DNA from: Lytechinus pictus | Taxonomy: Eukaryota | DNA: 64,000 nucleotides | Direction: 5' to 3' | Assembly (NCBI RefSeq): GCF_037042905.1 | Contig: NC_087263.1 | Location: 9,364,001 to 9,428,000 of the forward strand | Notes under the pieces: generated by a model | Database searches by the model: none | What the model was told of the DNA's origin: nothing | The model's input: the letters and a program-made list of their open reading frames with translations, nothing else | Shown here: positions 13,501-28,500 of the stretch, one piece after another | How positions within the stretch are numbered: position 1 is the first letter of the stretch | Layout of the letters: every line of letters begins with the position of its first letter | Translations under genes and position numbers: made by a program

Positions 13501-16500
13501 ATCATTTCGCCAAGGTTCAACTGATGAATTTGTAAGCATGCTGCTGCACTAAAAGATATGAAGGGGGCCCCAGGTTTGCGCACCTACATGTAAAAGATTA
13601 ACTTGAATTTGTCATAAACTCCACAAAATTTTTCAGTTGATAATGTTCCTTATAATCTTATGAGTAAGTGTGCCAAAAATCTCATGAAAATTTTGAGAGA
13701 AATTTATTTGATTATCTTGGAAAAAAACCTTGCCCAGTCATTTTCATATTGAACAAAATAAATGGTGCCTGGTTTCTGCGCATCCATTCACTTCACACAT
13801 TTTGTTGAGAAAGGCTGCATTTTGAGGCCATTATATGAAATGCACGAAGTTCAATATTTTCCACCATTTTGAGTTGGATTGTTTAATGAACATCTATCAC
13901 GTATTGCAGGTGTACATTTTGTAGCCGTCGCATTATCTTCTTTTATTAGAATCACCCAGATATGCGTATGTGCAAACAAGGGGCACTGGGCAGACCTTGA
14001 GGCACCTATAAACCATACATGTAACTTTGCCAGTTTGCACATGAACTGCATTATTATGTGTCCATGTTAAACCTACAGAAACATCCTTACTAAATATGAT
14101 TTGAATACACACCTGCCACTAGCTGGATAATACTTGAAGCTCTGGAATTGTTGGATGTTCCGACCTCACTAAAGACTTGCAAATTGTACGTATCTCCTGG
14201 GTCAGGCAGGTCTTCACAAGCTGCAGAATACGATTCTTCACTTGTATCATTGATGGTGTGTGGGTACGCAGTGCCACTGGAACATTTAATACTGTAACTC
14301 TCTACCGTGCCATTCTGCTTCGTCCAAGATGCGTTGACCGACGTCAGGGTCGAAGGCCCTTCCTCGAGGTCAACTCCCTTCGGCACTAAATGGATGAAAG
14401 ATAATGATAATCAATGCAATGATAATACAACAAGAGTCGAACCAGTCTATCAAGGTCACCCAAAGAAACAGAAATAGTGGCCATCGGAGACAGCATGAAC
14501 ATTAACGTCAAATTACAACATTTACGTGAGTTTCCTTGAACTCGGAAAATACATGTACAGTGTAGCTATCAAATTTGTTTGCATTTTTTGCAATGACATA
14601 CAGTACATTGATACAACCAAGCACCTTTTCAAGGTAAATACTCCCAGCACATTAAAGCTATCCCCCCATCAAGAATTGATAAAGATTTCATACGTATGTC
14701 CATATTATGAAGTCTGTTTCAACTTAGACCATTGTCTAACCTTGTGCTAAAATTATGGGAAGACAAGTCTTACAAACTTCGATAATGCTATGGAAATCCA
14801 TCAGTGTCATAATTTTTTCTATAGGAAATTTGCACAATGTCCTTTGTAAACAAAGAGAAGCACAGTGCATTTTCAAGAAAACAATATTTTCACAAAAAAA
14901 TTTATAAGTGAAGAAAACTACCTTAGTTTATTAATCTTTCCTAGGGCCAGTTGCAGAAAGTTGCATTAAAACGCAACTCAAATTATCAAGCGCAAGTCCC
15001 GAATACGGGTGTTTCATTGGCTAAAAGCTAAGTTGCGCAAGATTTTGTGAGTTGCGTTTGATTGCAACTCTCTCTGCAACGGGCCCCTAGACAGTTTAGA
15101 ATGATTCTCGAGTCAAATGAGCTGGTATATTGAACCAATGACTGTTAAAAATTGATGTTACAATCAACTATACATACATGTCGTGAAACCAACATAGACC
15201 AGAGTTTAAATCAAACGCAACTTCAGAATACGGGCCATAGTTTCCAGCACCGGTCCACTTACATGCGTAGATTTCAATGACACTGGTGGCGCTCTGCTTG
15301 TCCTTGCTAATAGCAACGACCGAGAGGGTATACTGCTCTCCAGATCGTGGTAACTCCGTGCAGTAAGCCGTCAAGGTGTTCCCTTGTTGACTGTCGTTCA
15401 CAGAAATGGACGCTGGGGAGGCATTACCCTCCGAGCAGGTGATATTGAAGGTATCCACCACACTGTTTGGGACTGTCCATGTAGTGGATATGGTAGTTGT
15501 GTTGGAGTCGCCCTCTTCAAGGTCTACAGCCTCTGGTACTGATTTCGAGAATGCATGACGAAAGAAAAATGAGGCAGGAATGAAAAAGAATGAATTCCTT
15601 AGTATGGAAGATGCTGATTTTCATATACAGTGGTGCTAAAAAATAAGTGAACCCTGCCGGAAAACGAACAGATTTAAAATGTTCAAGTTCTGCCATTAGA
15701 TATTTAATTGTGAAGTCAGGTGATAATATATTACATTCAATAAAGTTTGTTTCTCTGGTTTCGCTGAACATTGTAGTGTTGTTGTATACATTCAACACTC
15801 AGCATGAAAGAGTTCATTTTGTGGTGAGGTTCACTAATTTTTTTTTGCACAACTGTATATCTAAATATGTCTTGATGACATTTACGTCTATGTATTTTTA
15901 TTAAGTTATGTTTATAATCAACCAGTGATGGTTGAACCTTATGGCTATCCCTGGCCACCGATAGATTGGTCTTTCAGTTTTCTTTTATTTGTATTTTATT
16001 GTATTTCTTTTGCCACAAATAAAACTAATGAAAATAAAGATAAATAAACTGTTGTGGTAGTAAATAGCTGTTGATCTCTTGTCACACGACGGAGTAAAAA
16101 ACACCGTGTGACAACAGATAAACGTATCAGCTAAAAATTAAACATGTCTTTCGGTATTCGAGACAAAGTACACATCCAGCATTTTTTGTTTGACTTATAT
16201 CTACATGTAGCACAGAGGAACTCCAGAACATATTTGTAGGTTCATAAAGTTGGGTGTAGAATATGTCACAAACGTGTTTGATTCCACACATACATGCTCA
16301 TACATGTATGTACATGTATCTTGGAAGGCAAGTGGGATTCTTCTTCAGCCAACATATCAATATCATACATGTACTTCATTGCGGCCCCTGTAAAACTTAG
16401 ATCTACTGAAATTGAAATCTGCACAATTCTTGGTTTAATCCACAGATTAAAAAAAAGACCTATGTGAATTTGGTCAGGCCAGTATGTATACCCACTCCCC

Positions 16501-19500
16501 CATCAAAGTTTAATATCCAAGGACCTCTTTCTCTCTCATATCGCTATGATAAACTTACATGCCGTGATTGTGATCGTGTTCGTCTGACTACGCTGACCGT
16601 AGCTGACCGACGTCACAGATATCTCGTAGTCATCTCCTGGAGTTGGAAGACCGTCACAAGAAGCCATCCGAATGGCTGAGGAGTCAACTTTGGGGGGAGA
16701 AGCAGTTCCTTCATCTGAGCAGGAAACTTCAAAGTACTCCACGATACCATTGGGCATATCCCATGTTGCAGCTATAGAGTTTGTCGTCACACTCTCGCTT
16801 GCTTCAGTAAGATTAACAGCTTCAGGTACTGTGAGAAAAGAAGACCCAAATTGGACGAATAAAGGGATACCTGTTCATGTCATCTATTATTTGATGTTTC
16901 ACTTCTATTTTTATATGAAGTTGGTTTATAATTAAAGAATCTGATGAAGGTTTCAGTCATAAACACATAAACAAAAATTTGGGAAATAGCATTAAAAATG
17001 GACATACTGACGCTTTTCGACATGCACTCCACAGAGTAAAATGACATGAATGAAGAGATAAAATGACTTGTATAGGTAATAATACATAAAATACACCTGT
17101 TTGATAAAATATCTTCTATGACGTCATCTCAAACCCTGGCATGAAGGAAGTGATATTAAACACACTTTTACAGACTTTGTAATGATGCATGGAAACATGA
17201 TATGTGGGATTTTAAGAAATGTTGGAAAAATAAAAATTGAGTTGTCGGTGAACAGTGCATCTAGAATGATACACAAAACGAGAGGAAAAATTAGGCAATG
17301 ATGAACTTGTCAGTCAATAACCTCTTGGACAGACATGAACATGAGAGCAATATGATTCATTGACGATTGTACACAGCTCACTGACCTATACATGAAGGTA
17401 CCATAGTTAGAATTATGAGGGATGATCACAATGCACTTTGTTGGCAAAATTTCACTGTGTCTTTTTGATCCTTTATTAAAGGGGAATCAAAAAATCATAA
17501 GATGTGTTAGAGAGGAGAAAAATATATTAAATGAAAGGGTGAAAGGTTGAGAAATCGGATAAGCAATGAGAATGTTAAGGCTATTTTTAATCGAAATTGA
17601 GATCCTTATAAAAACTGTGTAAATACAAATTGGCAACAGGGTAACGACCTAAATTTGGCTTGGATTCTCCTTAAAATGGACAATTATGGACATCAAGGCA
17701 TCATTTCACAGAATAAAAACTCACTTTATTCCTAAGTGGTCATTTCTTTGTTAGTGGTATTACAAAGCACAAATGGAGATCATTGAGACATGTAATATTC
17801 TTTTCATATGCATGTACCATCTGGAAAATGATTCTTTTTTTTAGATTCTTACTTCAAATACATGTAGTTTTACTCACTCATGCATGAACTACATTTATGT
17901 GTCATATTACTTTAAGTCATATGAGACATATATATGTAATAAACCATGTAAAGTAAAAATGGCTTTAAGAATCTTTTGATGTCAAAAGTAAGTGCAATCA
18001 CCTATAGTACAAATATGCAATCAATGGAGATGGTTTGAATTATAAATAAATGCTATCAATTCTCAATTCACTGACTGGTGACACAATCATACATGTAGCT
18101 AAAGAATACAATCATTGGTTTGCATGAATAAATACATGTACCATCAGTTTTCCCTGGATGATACTGGTAGGACATTAACATTCAATTGCAAATCAAACAA
18201 AAGTCCCCTAAAAAATCAACCATAATTCAGTGGTGCACGAGTTGCAATTGAATGCAAATCAACTACATACTTGCATTTAATCTCATGATCTATGGATGAT
18301 TTTGGGACTTACATGTATGCTTGATTTGGAATTGAACGTAAGTTTCTTGCAAGACTTTTGACACTCTTACCCGAATAGTTTGCTGTGAAATGTTCGTGCA
18401 ATCATTATTACGCAATCAATAATGATGGTTGTCAATGAATGATATCAGTTCTTTATTCATGAACTATTGATACAATCAGGATGAATATCCGTGAATGACA
18501 CCAAGATTGTGACCATCAATACCAAATAGTTCGCTATGAAATGTTTGTGGAACAATTATGTAATCAATAGGTGATTGTCCAACTACAATGAATGATATCA
18601 ATTCCTTCATTATTAAATGAACTATTAATGCAATCAAAACTGAATACCCCTGGACAATACCGAGACTTATGATATCATACCAAATAGTTTGCTGTGAAAT
18701 GTTTGTGCAATCATTATATACAACCAATAGTGTTTGTCTGATTACAATGAATGATATCAATTCCATCATTAATGAACAATTGATGCAATCAAAACTGAAT
18801 ACCCATAGATGATATCAAGATTGTGACCATCAATACTGACCAAATAGTTTGCTGTGAAATGTTTGTGCAACCATTATTATGCAATCAATAAGTGATTGTC
18901 CAGCTACAATGAATGATATCAATTCCTTCATTAATGAACTATTAATGCAATCAAATCTGAATACCCCTGGATGATACCAAGATTGTGACCATCAATACCA
19001 AATAGTTCGCTATGAAATATTTGTGCAACAATTATTAGGTAATCAATAGGTGATTGTCCAACTACATGTACAATGAATGATATCAATTCCTTCATTATTA
19101 AATAAACTACTGATGCAATCAAAACTGAATACCCCTGGACAATACCGAGACTTGTGATATCATACCAAATAGTTTGCTGTGAAATGTTTGTGCAATCATT
19201 ATATACAATCAATAGTGTTTGTCTGATTACAATGAATGATATCAATTCCATCATTAATGAACAATTGATGCAATCAAAACTGAATACCCATAGATGATAT
19301 CAAGATTGTGACCATCAATACCAAATAGTTTGCTGTGAAATGTTTGTGCAACCATTATTATGCAATCAATAAGTGATTGTCCAGCTACAATGAATGATAT
19401 AAATTCCTTCATTAATGAACTATTAATGCAATCAAATCTGAATACCCCTGGACGATACCAAGATTGTGACCATCAATACCAAATAGTTCGCTATGAAATG

Positions 19501-22500
19501 TTTGTGCAACAATTATGTAATCAATAGGTGATTGTCCAACTACAATGAATGATATCAATTCCTTCATTATTAAATGAACTATTAATGCAATCAAAACTGA
19601 ATACCCCTGGACAATACCGAGACTTATGATATCATACCAAATAGTTTGCTGTGAAATGTTTGTGCAATCATTATATACAATCAATAGTGTTTGTCTGACT
19701 ACAATGAATGATATCAATTCCATCATTAATGAAATATTGATGCAATCAAAACTGAATACCCATAGATGATATCAAGATTGTGACCATCAATACCAAATAG
19801 TTCGCTGTGAAATGTTTGTGCAACCATTATTATGTAATCAATAGGTGATTGTCCAACTACAATGAATGATATCAATTCCATCATTAATGAACTATTGATG
19901 CAATCAAATCTAAATACCCCTGGACGATACCAAGATTGTGACCATCCATACCACATAGTTTGCTGTGAAATGTTTGTGCAATCACTTATTATGCAATCAA
20001 TAGGTGATTGTGTGTCTACAATGAATGACATCAATTCCATCATTAATGAACTATTGATGCAATAAAAACTGAATACCCCTGGATGATATCAAGACTTGTG
20101 ACCATCAATACCAAATACATGTACATGTAGTTTGCTGTGAAATGTTAATGTAAATGGACATCAATGGTAGAGGTTCATGTATTGATAAAATGAATGATAT
20201 CAGTCCATGATCCACAAACACTAATTTGCCATCATGCTTATGCTTTTGGGTCCATGTACAGCAAAGGAAACATTTTCCTCTTTTCATAAAGGAAAATTCC
20301 ACTATTGGTGCTAGCTGGCTTTTTATCATCAAAGTAAAGACGGAACAGGATCATAGCTGAAATTTGCAGGATGTAACTTATCACTCTATGGGGCGTTGCA
20401 AGAAACTAACTTTCAATTGCAAATCAAGAATAAATCCCCTTTTAATCAAACGTAAAATGCTTTTAGAAGAAAGTTGAATTTCGACTGAACGTGAACTAAC
20501 TACAAATTTACGTTTAATCAATTAATTCATGCTTGGATTTGGGAATTACATGTACATGCAGGCTTAATTTGGAAAATGAATCTAAATTTCTGGCAATGCC
20601 CCATTGCTATAAACGCAATGAGATGTAATTGTATTGAGCTTTCAGGAATGTTGAGCAGGTGGGTGTAATTATGCATCGATGATGATGATGAGTACCGAAT
20701 GGCGTATTTCAGTCGTCTACTCACAAGCTGTCATTACGATCATGGCTGAATTTCTCTGCGTATTACTAAGACTGGTGACTATCATAGTGTAATTATCTCC
20801 CGGGTTGTACAAATCCTCACACAAGGCAACAAAATCATACTCCGCACACACATTGTCAGTCCTGGCGGTACCATTACTGCAATCGACTTCGAACTCGTCA
20901 ACGACTCCTCCTGGGAAATCCCAGCCAGCTGTTACCGAGTTGGTTGTCGAATTGCCAGCTGTAAGCTCCACATTAAGGGGTACTACAGTTCAAAGTTCAC
21001 AAGGGATAACTTGTAATCATTTATTTGCATTTTACTTTAATACAGGAAGTTTAAAAAAATATTCATGTAGTGAATAAAGAATCAAATATACAAAGTTTCC
21101 AAAGCATTACGTTAGTTGTACAAAGCCCTAATTAGGAATTTATTGACAGCTCTGAGAGAGTAATGCTGAAAATTTCAAAGCAACCTTTTGACAATATTTG
21201 ACACAATCATGCTTTTCTTTTCTTTTCATTCTGGTCAACTGGAAAAAAAAACAATATTTGAAACAATCATGCTTTTTTCTCTTAATTCTGGTCAATTGTT
21301 CAAAGGATTATACATGTATTGTGGGTGACTTGCACTCTTTGAAAATAATATAAAACGTTCTCCCTCCATCGCACAAATATCAATACCTTTTTTGGAAAAT
21401 TAATATTGAATATACACCACTACCTACAAGCTGTCAGTGCGATGGTAGCACAATTATTTTCTCCACTGCTCAAGTTTGTATAGCTGAAACTTGTATTGCA
21501 CAAAAACAACACAGCACAAATATCCGTGCATGACTAGTTTTTTAAATTGAACATCGCTGCTTGCACTCACAAGCTGTCAGCACGATGGTTGCAGGATTAA
21601 CTTCTCCGTTGCTGGAACTCGTAACAACCATGGTATAATTATCTCCAGGATTCCAGACGCCCTCGCAGCTTGCTACGTAGCTAAAACCTTCATCGGCTGT
21701 CAAAGTCGTGTTACTCTCGGTGCCGTTGCTACACTCGACGTTAAAGTCTTCGACCAACCCTCCAGGATAGGGCCACATGGCACTCACAGAGTTTATTGTT
21801 GAAGAGTCGGCAGAGAGAATGGCACTAAGAGGTACTGCACAGTAGACGTTAACAATGAGGAGTCAAGTTTAGATTAGATGTAATTAAAAGCAAGTTGATT
21901 AATTCTTGATAAAAAGTGGATGCAGTTTCTCAATCTCAAATATGATCTTATCAGGGATCTGTCTTACAAGGAGTTCAGATTGATCCGGTCAACTACAAAT
22001 ATAAAAAGCTAGCAATATCAACATCTAAAATGCATTTTTGTTTAAAATATTTTCTAGACATGATGTATATTCATACATTCATTGTATGACATTGATGGAT
22101 TTCCATACAGTTTAGGTTGATCTAATCAATTGCAACTGTTTGTAAGAGGGGCCCCTGATCATACAGTACCTGTTTGTTTTTGTAGGAATTGAATTTATGT
22201 AGGCATTTCACTCTTAGGAATTGTCATTTAATATTTTGTTCTAAGATGCCATGTACATGTACACGTTCAATGGCACAGTATAAATCATAATACATGTATA
22301 CACCCATTTGACTAAATATCATCCATCATGATCCATGACGTGATATCATCTCAAAACTTGGCATGAAGAAAGCTATACTTTTTTACACACGTTACATACT
22401 TTGTGATGATGAATGAAAACATGATAGGTGGGATTGAATAAACATTGGATAAATGAAAACTTGAGTTGTCGGTTGAACAGTGCATCTGTTACACAAAACA

Positions 22501-25500
22501 AGAGGAAAAAGTAGGCAATGATGAACTTGTCAGTCAATAACATCTCGGTCAGACATGAACATTAGAGCAACATGATTCATTGATGATTGTACACAGCTCA
22601 CTGATCTATACACATGCAATGGTACCATAGTTCAAATTACGAGGGACGATCACAATGCACTATGTTGGCAAAATTTCACTGTGTATTTTTTTTAATCCTC
22701 ATTAAAGAAGAATCAAAATTTGGTCATAAAATGTGCTGGAGAGGAGAAAAATATATTAATTTAAGGGTGTAAGTTTGAAACAAACCAGATAAGCGAAATT
22801 GATATCCCTGAAAAGACTATGTAAATTCAAATTGGTAACTGGGTGACGATCTAAATTTGGCTTAGATTCTCCTTTAAATGCACAATTACGGACATCAAGG
22901 CATCATTTCAAAGAATCAAAACTCACTTTATTTCTAAGTGGTCATTTTCTTTCTTTGTGGTATTTCAGAGAGCACAAATGGATAATTGAGACATGTAATA
23001 TTCTTTATGAAATTCAGATCCGGCAAATGATTCTTTTTTTTATCCTTACTTCAAATTGTTTTACTCACTGATGCATAAACTACATTTACATGTATGTGTC
23101 ATATGATACATGTACATATAATTGTAATAAACTATGTAATGTAAAAATGGCTTTACACTGTAAGTATATTTTGATGTCAAAAGTAAGTGCAATCACATTT
23201 AGTGCAATTATGCAATCATTGAAAATGGTTAGAATGAATAAATGCTATAAATTCTGCAATTATGCAATCAATAATGATTGTCTAACTTCGATGAACGATA
23301 CATGTACCAATTCCATCATGAATGAATTATTGATGCAATGAAAACTGTATACCCCTGGACGATACCAAGGCTTGTGACCATCAATACCAAAATAATTTGC
23401 TGTGAAATGTTTGTGCAATCATTATATGCAATCAATAGTGTTTGCCTGACTACAATGAATGATATTAAGTCATTCATTATTAATGAACTATTGATGCAAT
23501 CAAAACTGAATACGGTACCCCTGGACGATACCAAGACTTGTAACCATCAATACCAAATGGTTTGCTGTGAAATGTTTGTGCAACAATTATTATGTAATCA
23601 ATAGGTGATTGGCCAACTACAATGAATGATATCAATTCCATCATTGATGAACTATTGATGCAATCAAATCTGAATACCCCTGGACAATACCAAGACTTGT
23701 GACATCAATACCAAATAGTTTGCTGTGAAATGTTTGTGCAATCATTATATACAATCAATAGTGTTTGTCTGACTACAATGAATGACATCAATTCCATCAT
23801 TAATGAACGATTGATGCAATCGAATCTGAATACCCCTGGATGATATCAAGACTTGTAACCATCAATACCAAATAGTTTGCTGTGAAATGTTTGTGCAATC
23901 ATTATTATACAATCAATAGGTGATTGTGTGTCTACAATGAAAGACATCAATTCCATCATTAATGAACTATTGATGCAATCAAAACTGAATACCCCTGGAC
24001 GATATCAAGACTTGTAACCATCAATACCAAATAGTTTGCTGTGAAATGTTAATGTAAATGGACATCAGTGGTAGAGGTACATGTATGGATAAAATGAATG
24101 ACATCAGTCCATGATCCACAAACACTAATTCGCCATCATACTAATACTTTTGGGTCAATGTAAAGGAAACATTTTCCTCTTTTCATAAAGGAAAATTCCA
24201 CTATTGGTGCTAGCTGGCTTTTTATCATCAAAGTAAAGACGGAACAGGATCATAGCTGAAATTTGCAGGATGTTACTTACATGTATCACTCTATGGGGCG
24301 TTGCAAGAAACTAACTTTCAATTGCAAATCAAGAATAAATCCCCTATTAATCAAGCCTAAAATGCTTTTAGAAGAAAGTTGAACGTGAACTAACTATAAA
24401 TTTACGTTTAATCAATGAATTCATGCTTGGATTTGGGAATTACATGCAGGCTTAATTTGGAAAATGAATCTAAGTTTCTGGCAATGCGCCATTACTATAA
24501 ACGCAATGAGATGTAATTGTATTGAGCTTTCAGGAATGTTGAGCAGCTGGGTGTAATTATGCATCGATGATGATGATGAGTATCGAATGGCGTATTTCAG
24601 TCGTTTACTCACAAGCTGTTAGTACGATCATGGCTGAATTTCTCTGCGTATTACTAAGACTAGTGACCGTCATAGTGTAATTATCCCCCGGGTTGTACAA
24701 ATCTTCACATGAGGCAACAAAATCATACTCCGCACACACATTGTAAGTCCTGGCGGTACCGTTACTGCAATCGACTTCGAACTCCTCAACGACTCCTCCT
24801 GGGAAATCCCAGCCAGCAGATACCGAGATGGTCGTTGAATTGCCAGCTGTAAGCTCCACACTAAGGGGTACTACCGGTAAAATTTCACAAGGGATAACTT
24901 GTAATATTTAATTTGCATTTTACTTTAATACAGGAAGTTTTAAAAATAAAGAATCAAATATACAAAGTTTCCAAAGCATTACGTTAGTTGTACAAAGCCC
25001 TAATTAGGAATTTATTGACAGCTCTGAGAGAGTAATGCTGAAAATTTCAAAGCAACCTTTTGACAATTTTTGACACAATCATGTTTTTCTTTTCTTTTCA
25101 TTCTGGTCAACTGGAAAAAAAACAATATTTGAAACAATCATGCTTTTTTCTCTTAATTCTGGTCAATTGTTCAAAGGATTATACATGTATTGTGGGTGAC
25201 TTGCACTCTTTGAAAATAATATAAAACGTTCTTCCTCCATCGCACAAATATCAATACCTTTTTTGGAAAATTAATATTGAATATACACCACTACCTACAA
25301 GCTGTCAGTGCGATGGTAGCACAATTATTTTCTCCACTGCTTAAGTTTGTATAGCTGAAACTTGTATTGCACAAAAACAACACAGCACAAATATCCGTGC
25401 ATGACTCGTTTTTTAAATCTAACATCGCTGCATGCACTCACAAGCTGTCAGCACGATGGTTGCAGGATTAACTTCTCCGTTGCTGGAACTCGTAACAACC

Positions 25501-28500
25501 ATGGTATAATTATCTCCAGGATTCCAGACGCCCTCGCAACTTGCTACGTAGCTAAAACCTTCATCGGCTGTCAAAGTCGTGTTACTCTCGGTGCCGTTGC
25601 TACACTCGACCTCAAAGACTTCGACCAACCCTCCAGGATAGGGCCAAATGGCACTCACAGAGTTTATTGTTGAAGTGTTGGCAGAGAGAATGGCACTAAG
25701 AGGTACTGCACAGTAGACGTTAACAATGAGGAGTCAAGTTTAGATTAGATGTAATTCAAATCAAGTTGATTAATTCTTGATAAAAAGTGGATGCACAGTG
25801 TCTCTATCTCAAACATGATCTTATCAGGGCCCCCGTCCTACAAAGAGTTACGATTGATCCGATCCATTGTAACTCTACTGAAATCCATCAGTGTCATCAT
25901 TTTTTTCTACGAAAAATTTGCACAATGTCCTTTGCATGCAAAGAGAAGCGCAATGAATTTTCAAGAAAACAATGAATGCATGAATATACACCATACCTAG
26001 AAAATATTTCGAACAAACAGTCATGCATAATAGATGTTGATGTTGCTGGCCTTCACTAGTTGCGATTGATCGGATCAATCGTAACCTTTTGTAAGACAGG
26101 GCCCTGAATGATCCAGTCAACCACAACTATAAAAAGCAAGAAATATCAACATTTAAAATTCATGTTTGTTTAAAATATTTTCTGGACATAATGTATATTC
26201 ATACTCATTGTTTTCTTAAGAATTCATTGTGCTTCTCTTTATTTACAAAGGGCATGGAAAAGATTTTTCAGAGAAAAGAGTATGACATTGATGGATTTCC
26301 ATACAGTTGAGGTTGATCTGATCAATTGCAACTGTTTGTAAGACGGGCCCTGATCATACCCGTTTGTTTTTGTAATAATTGTATTCCTGTTTTGTACTGA
26401 AAGATCTGATTTTACTAAATGTAGGAATTGAATTTATGTAGGCATTTTACTCTTAGGAATTGTCATTTAATATTTTGTCCTAAAATGCTTTTTATTGTTT
26501 GTCTGTTATTCTTCAATACATGGTTTGAATTTTGTGGGAACTGCACTTAAAGGCCTTCTGGCTTTATCAGGTCTGCCAACCTGAACAGGACTTTTCAGAA
26601 TTTTCAAAGCTGAAAACTTTGGTGAGAAAAATTTTGGTGAGGAAAGCAGTATTTTCAAATAAATACCATAGGACAACACATAATGTACATGTACAGTACA
26701 ACCAAAACTTTGGTATTTTGCACAAAACTATCACTGTTCTTCTGATTTCTTTTTCGTTTTTACCTTTGTTATAAATATATTTTGACCAATCATGTTTTGT
26801 ATTAATTTAATTATGCCCCTTCACATACATATCAGTATTCATAAAATGTCCAGGACAGTTTTGTTCAACCCATTGGCATCTACATGAATTTCAATATTTG
26901 CAACATGTGGATTAAAATTAAGATTATATCTTTCACATTTCTTAATTTACACAAAGCTGACATTAACTTACAATACCAAATGCTTTGTAATTCTGTATTG
27001 CCTTAAAATTTGCCATAAATGGTGTACATACATGTATTGCCATAAATCTGATTCGATTCAAAGTTTGAACGGCAAAGTAAATACATGTAAGTATTAAACC
27101 AAAGAAGGGAATTGGTACATCAAAACAAACTGAATGCAACATATGATTTCCAAAGTGACAAGTTACCAATTTACTGCTCAATCAATCATTGAATAAAATA
27201 GGTCAAAAAACAGGTCCTTGTGGTACAATTATTACAACTTTTATGAAGCACTAAATACATCTATTACTGGCAAGCTGAATTAATTTCTACAGTGCTTCTA
27301 TTTGATCTCTTGATAAATATAGCAAAAACCTAAAAAAATACAAATCAGAAAGTTCCACAATATGAAGAAAAAGGAGTTGTTTTTTAATACAAATTAGGTT
27401 GACATAAGATTTATCACTTTTAGAGTTAATAATTATACCAATTATGCTTGTGCAAAATATCAACATTTTGTGAAATCTCACACATGCATAACAAGATGTA
27501 CTTTATCACATTACTTATACGTGTAGCATTTACATGTACTTTCCAAATGGTCTACTAGTATATTAGACCACAGATTGTACATAGACGTTTGTAGATGATT
27601 AAAGCAAGTAGAGCACAAAAGAACTTATAACTCACGGATATATCTATAAAAACAGGACGTGCTGGCAGTTCTTTTTCTATTTTTTTTTATTTGGTAGAAG
27701 ATTGCAGAAATAAGTTTCATATTAATCATATTTGGCAATTACCAATAAATATCATTGTTACAGTCAGTAACCAATCTGAATTATATTGTGCAATCTACAC
27801 ACAATCAAAAGCCAACAAGAAAAAGACGAACAAAAGGACAAGGAGAACAATAACGATAACAAAAAGTAGAAGAATAATTAGAGCACAAACAAAGGCAAGA
27901 AAAAGAAGAGAAAAACAAGAACTACAACAAGGACAAGAACAGTAGAGAACAAGAACAAAAAGTACAATAAAAGCTACCGGGAACAAGAAAAAGCACAACA
28001 GAAACAACAGCAACAGAGGAATAAAAAAAACAGAACAAGAAGAAGACCAACCCAGATCAAGAAGAAGAATTACATACCTGCAACCACATAGTCAACAGCA
28101 GCTGGACTTTCCCCGTTGTTTTCCAAGGTGACGACACTGACAGAGTGATTCCCACCAGGTGTTACCCCAGTGCATGTCACCTCAGTAGCTGAACCAGGAA
28201 GAGGAGAGCTTGGGGAAGCTTTGCCATTGGAACAGTCCACTCTATAGCCATCAGGTCCAGACAAAAGATCCCAGGTGACTGTAATGGATGTTGTGTTTGA
28301 TGAACTGTCCCCAAATGTCACTTCTTCTGGAGCTATACGTACAAAGTTACAGAATCGGTGTTAATAATAATAATGATCATAATAATGTGTTATTTACCCA
28401 GCGCAGCCGCTTTATTTAGGAAACTGCTCTACCAGCGGGCCCTGCATAACATAATATGTTATCATTACCCTTATCATATTTGGGTTACATAATGAGGATA

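Larger units (their letters stand above)
17118..26480. repeat. Tandem segmental duplication (units ~17118-22245 and ~22335-26480), each with two FN3 exons
   Basis: Introns, satellite, exons N/M vs L/K, exon relic and MITE are all collinear. Confidence 0.92.

Noticed and set aside
18476..20065. Repeated ~100-aa ORFs (MMELISFIV...)
   Set aside because: By-products of the 158-bp satellite. Frames shift between units and there are no consistent splice sites.
27691..28013. Lys/Arg-rich and hydrophobic ORFs
   Set aside because: Translations of an AAG/AAC low-complexity tract.
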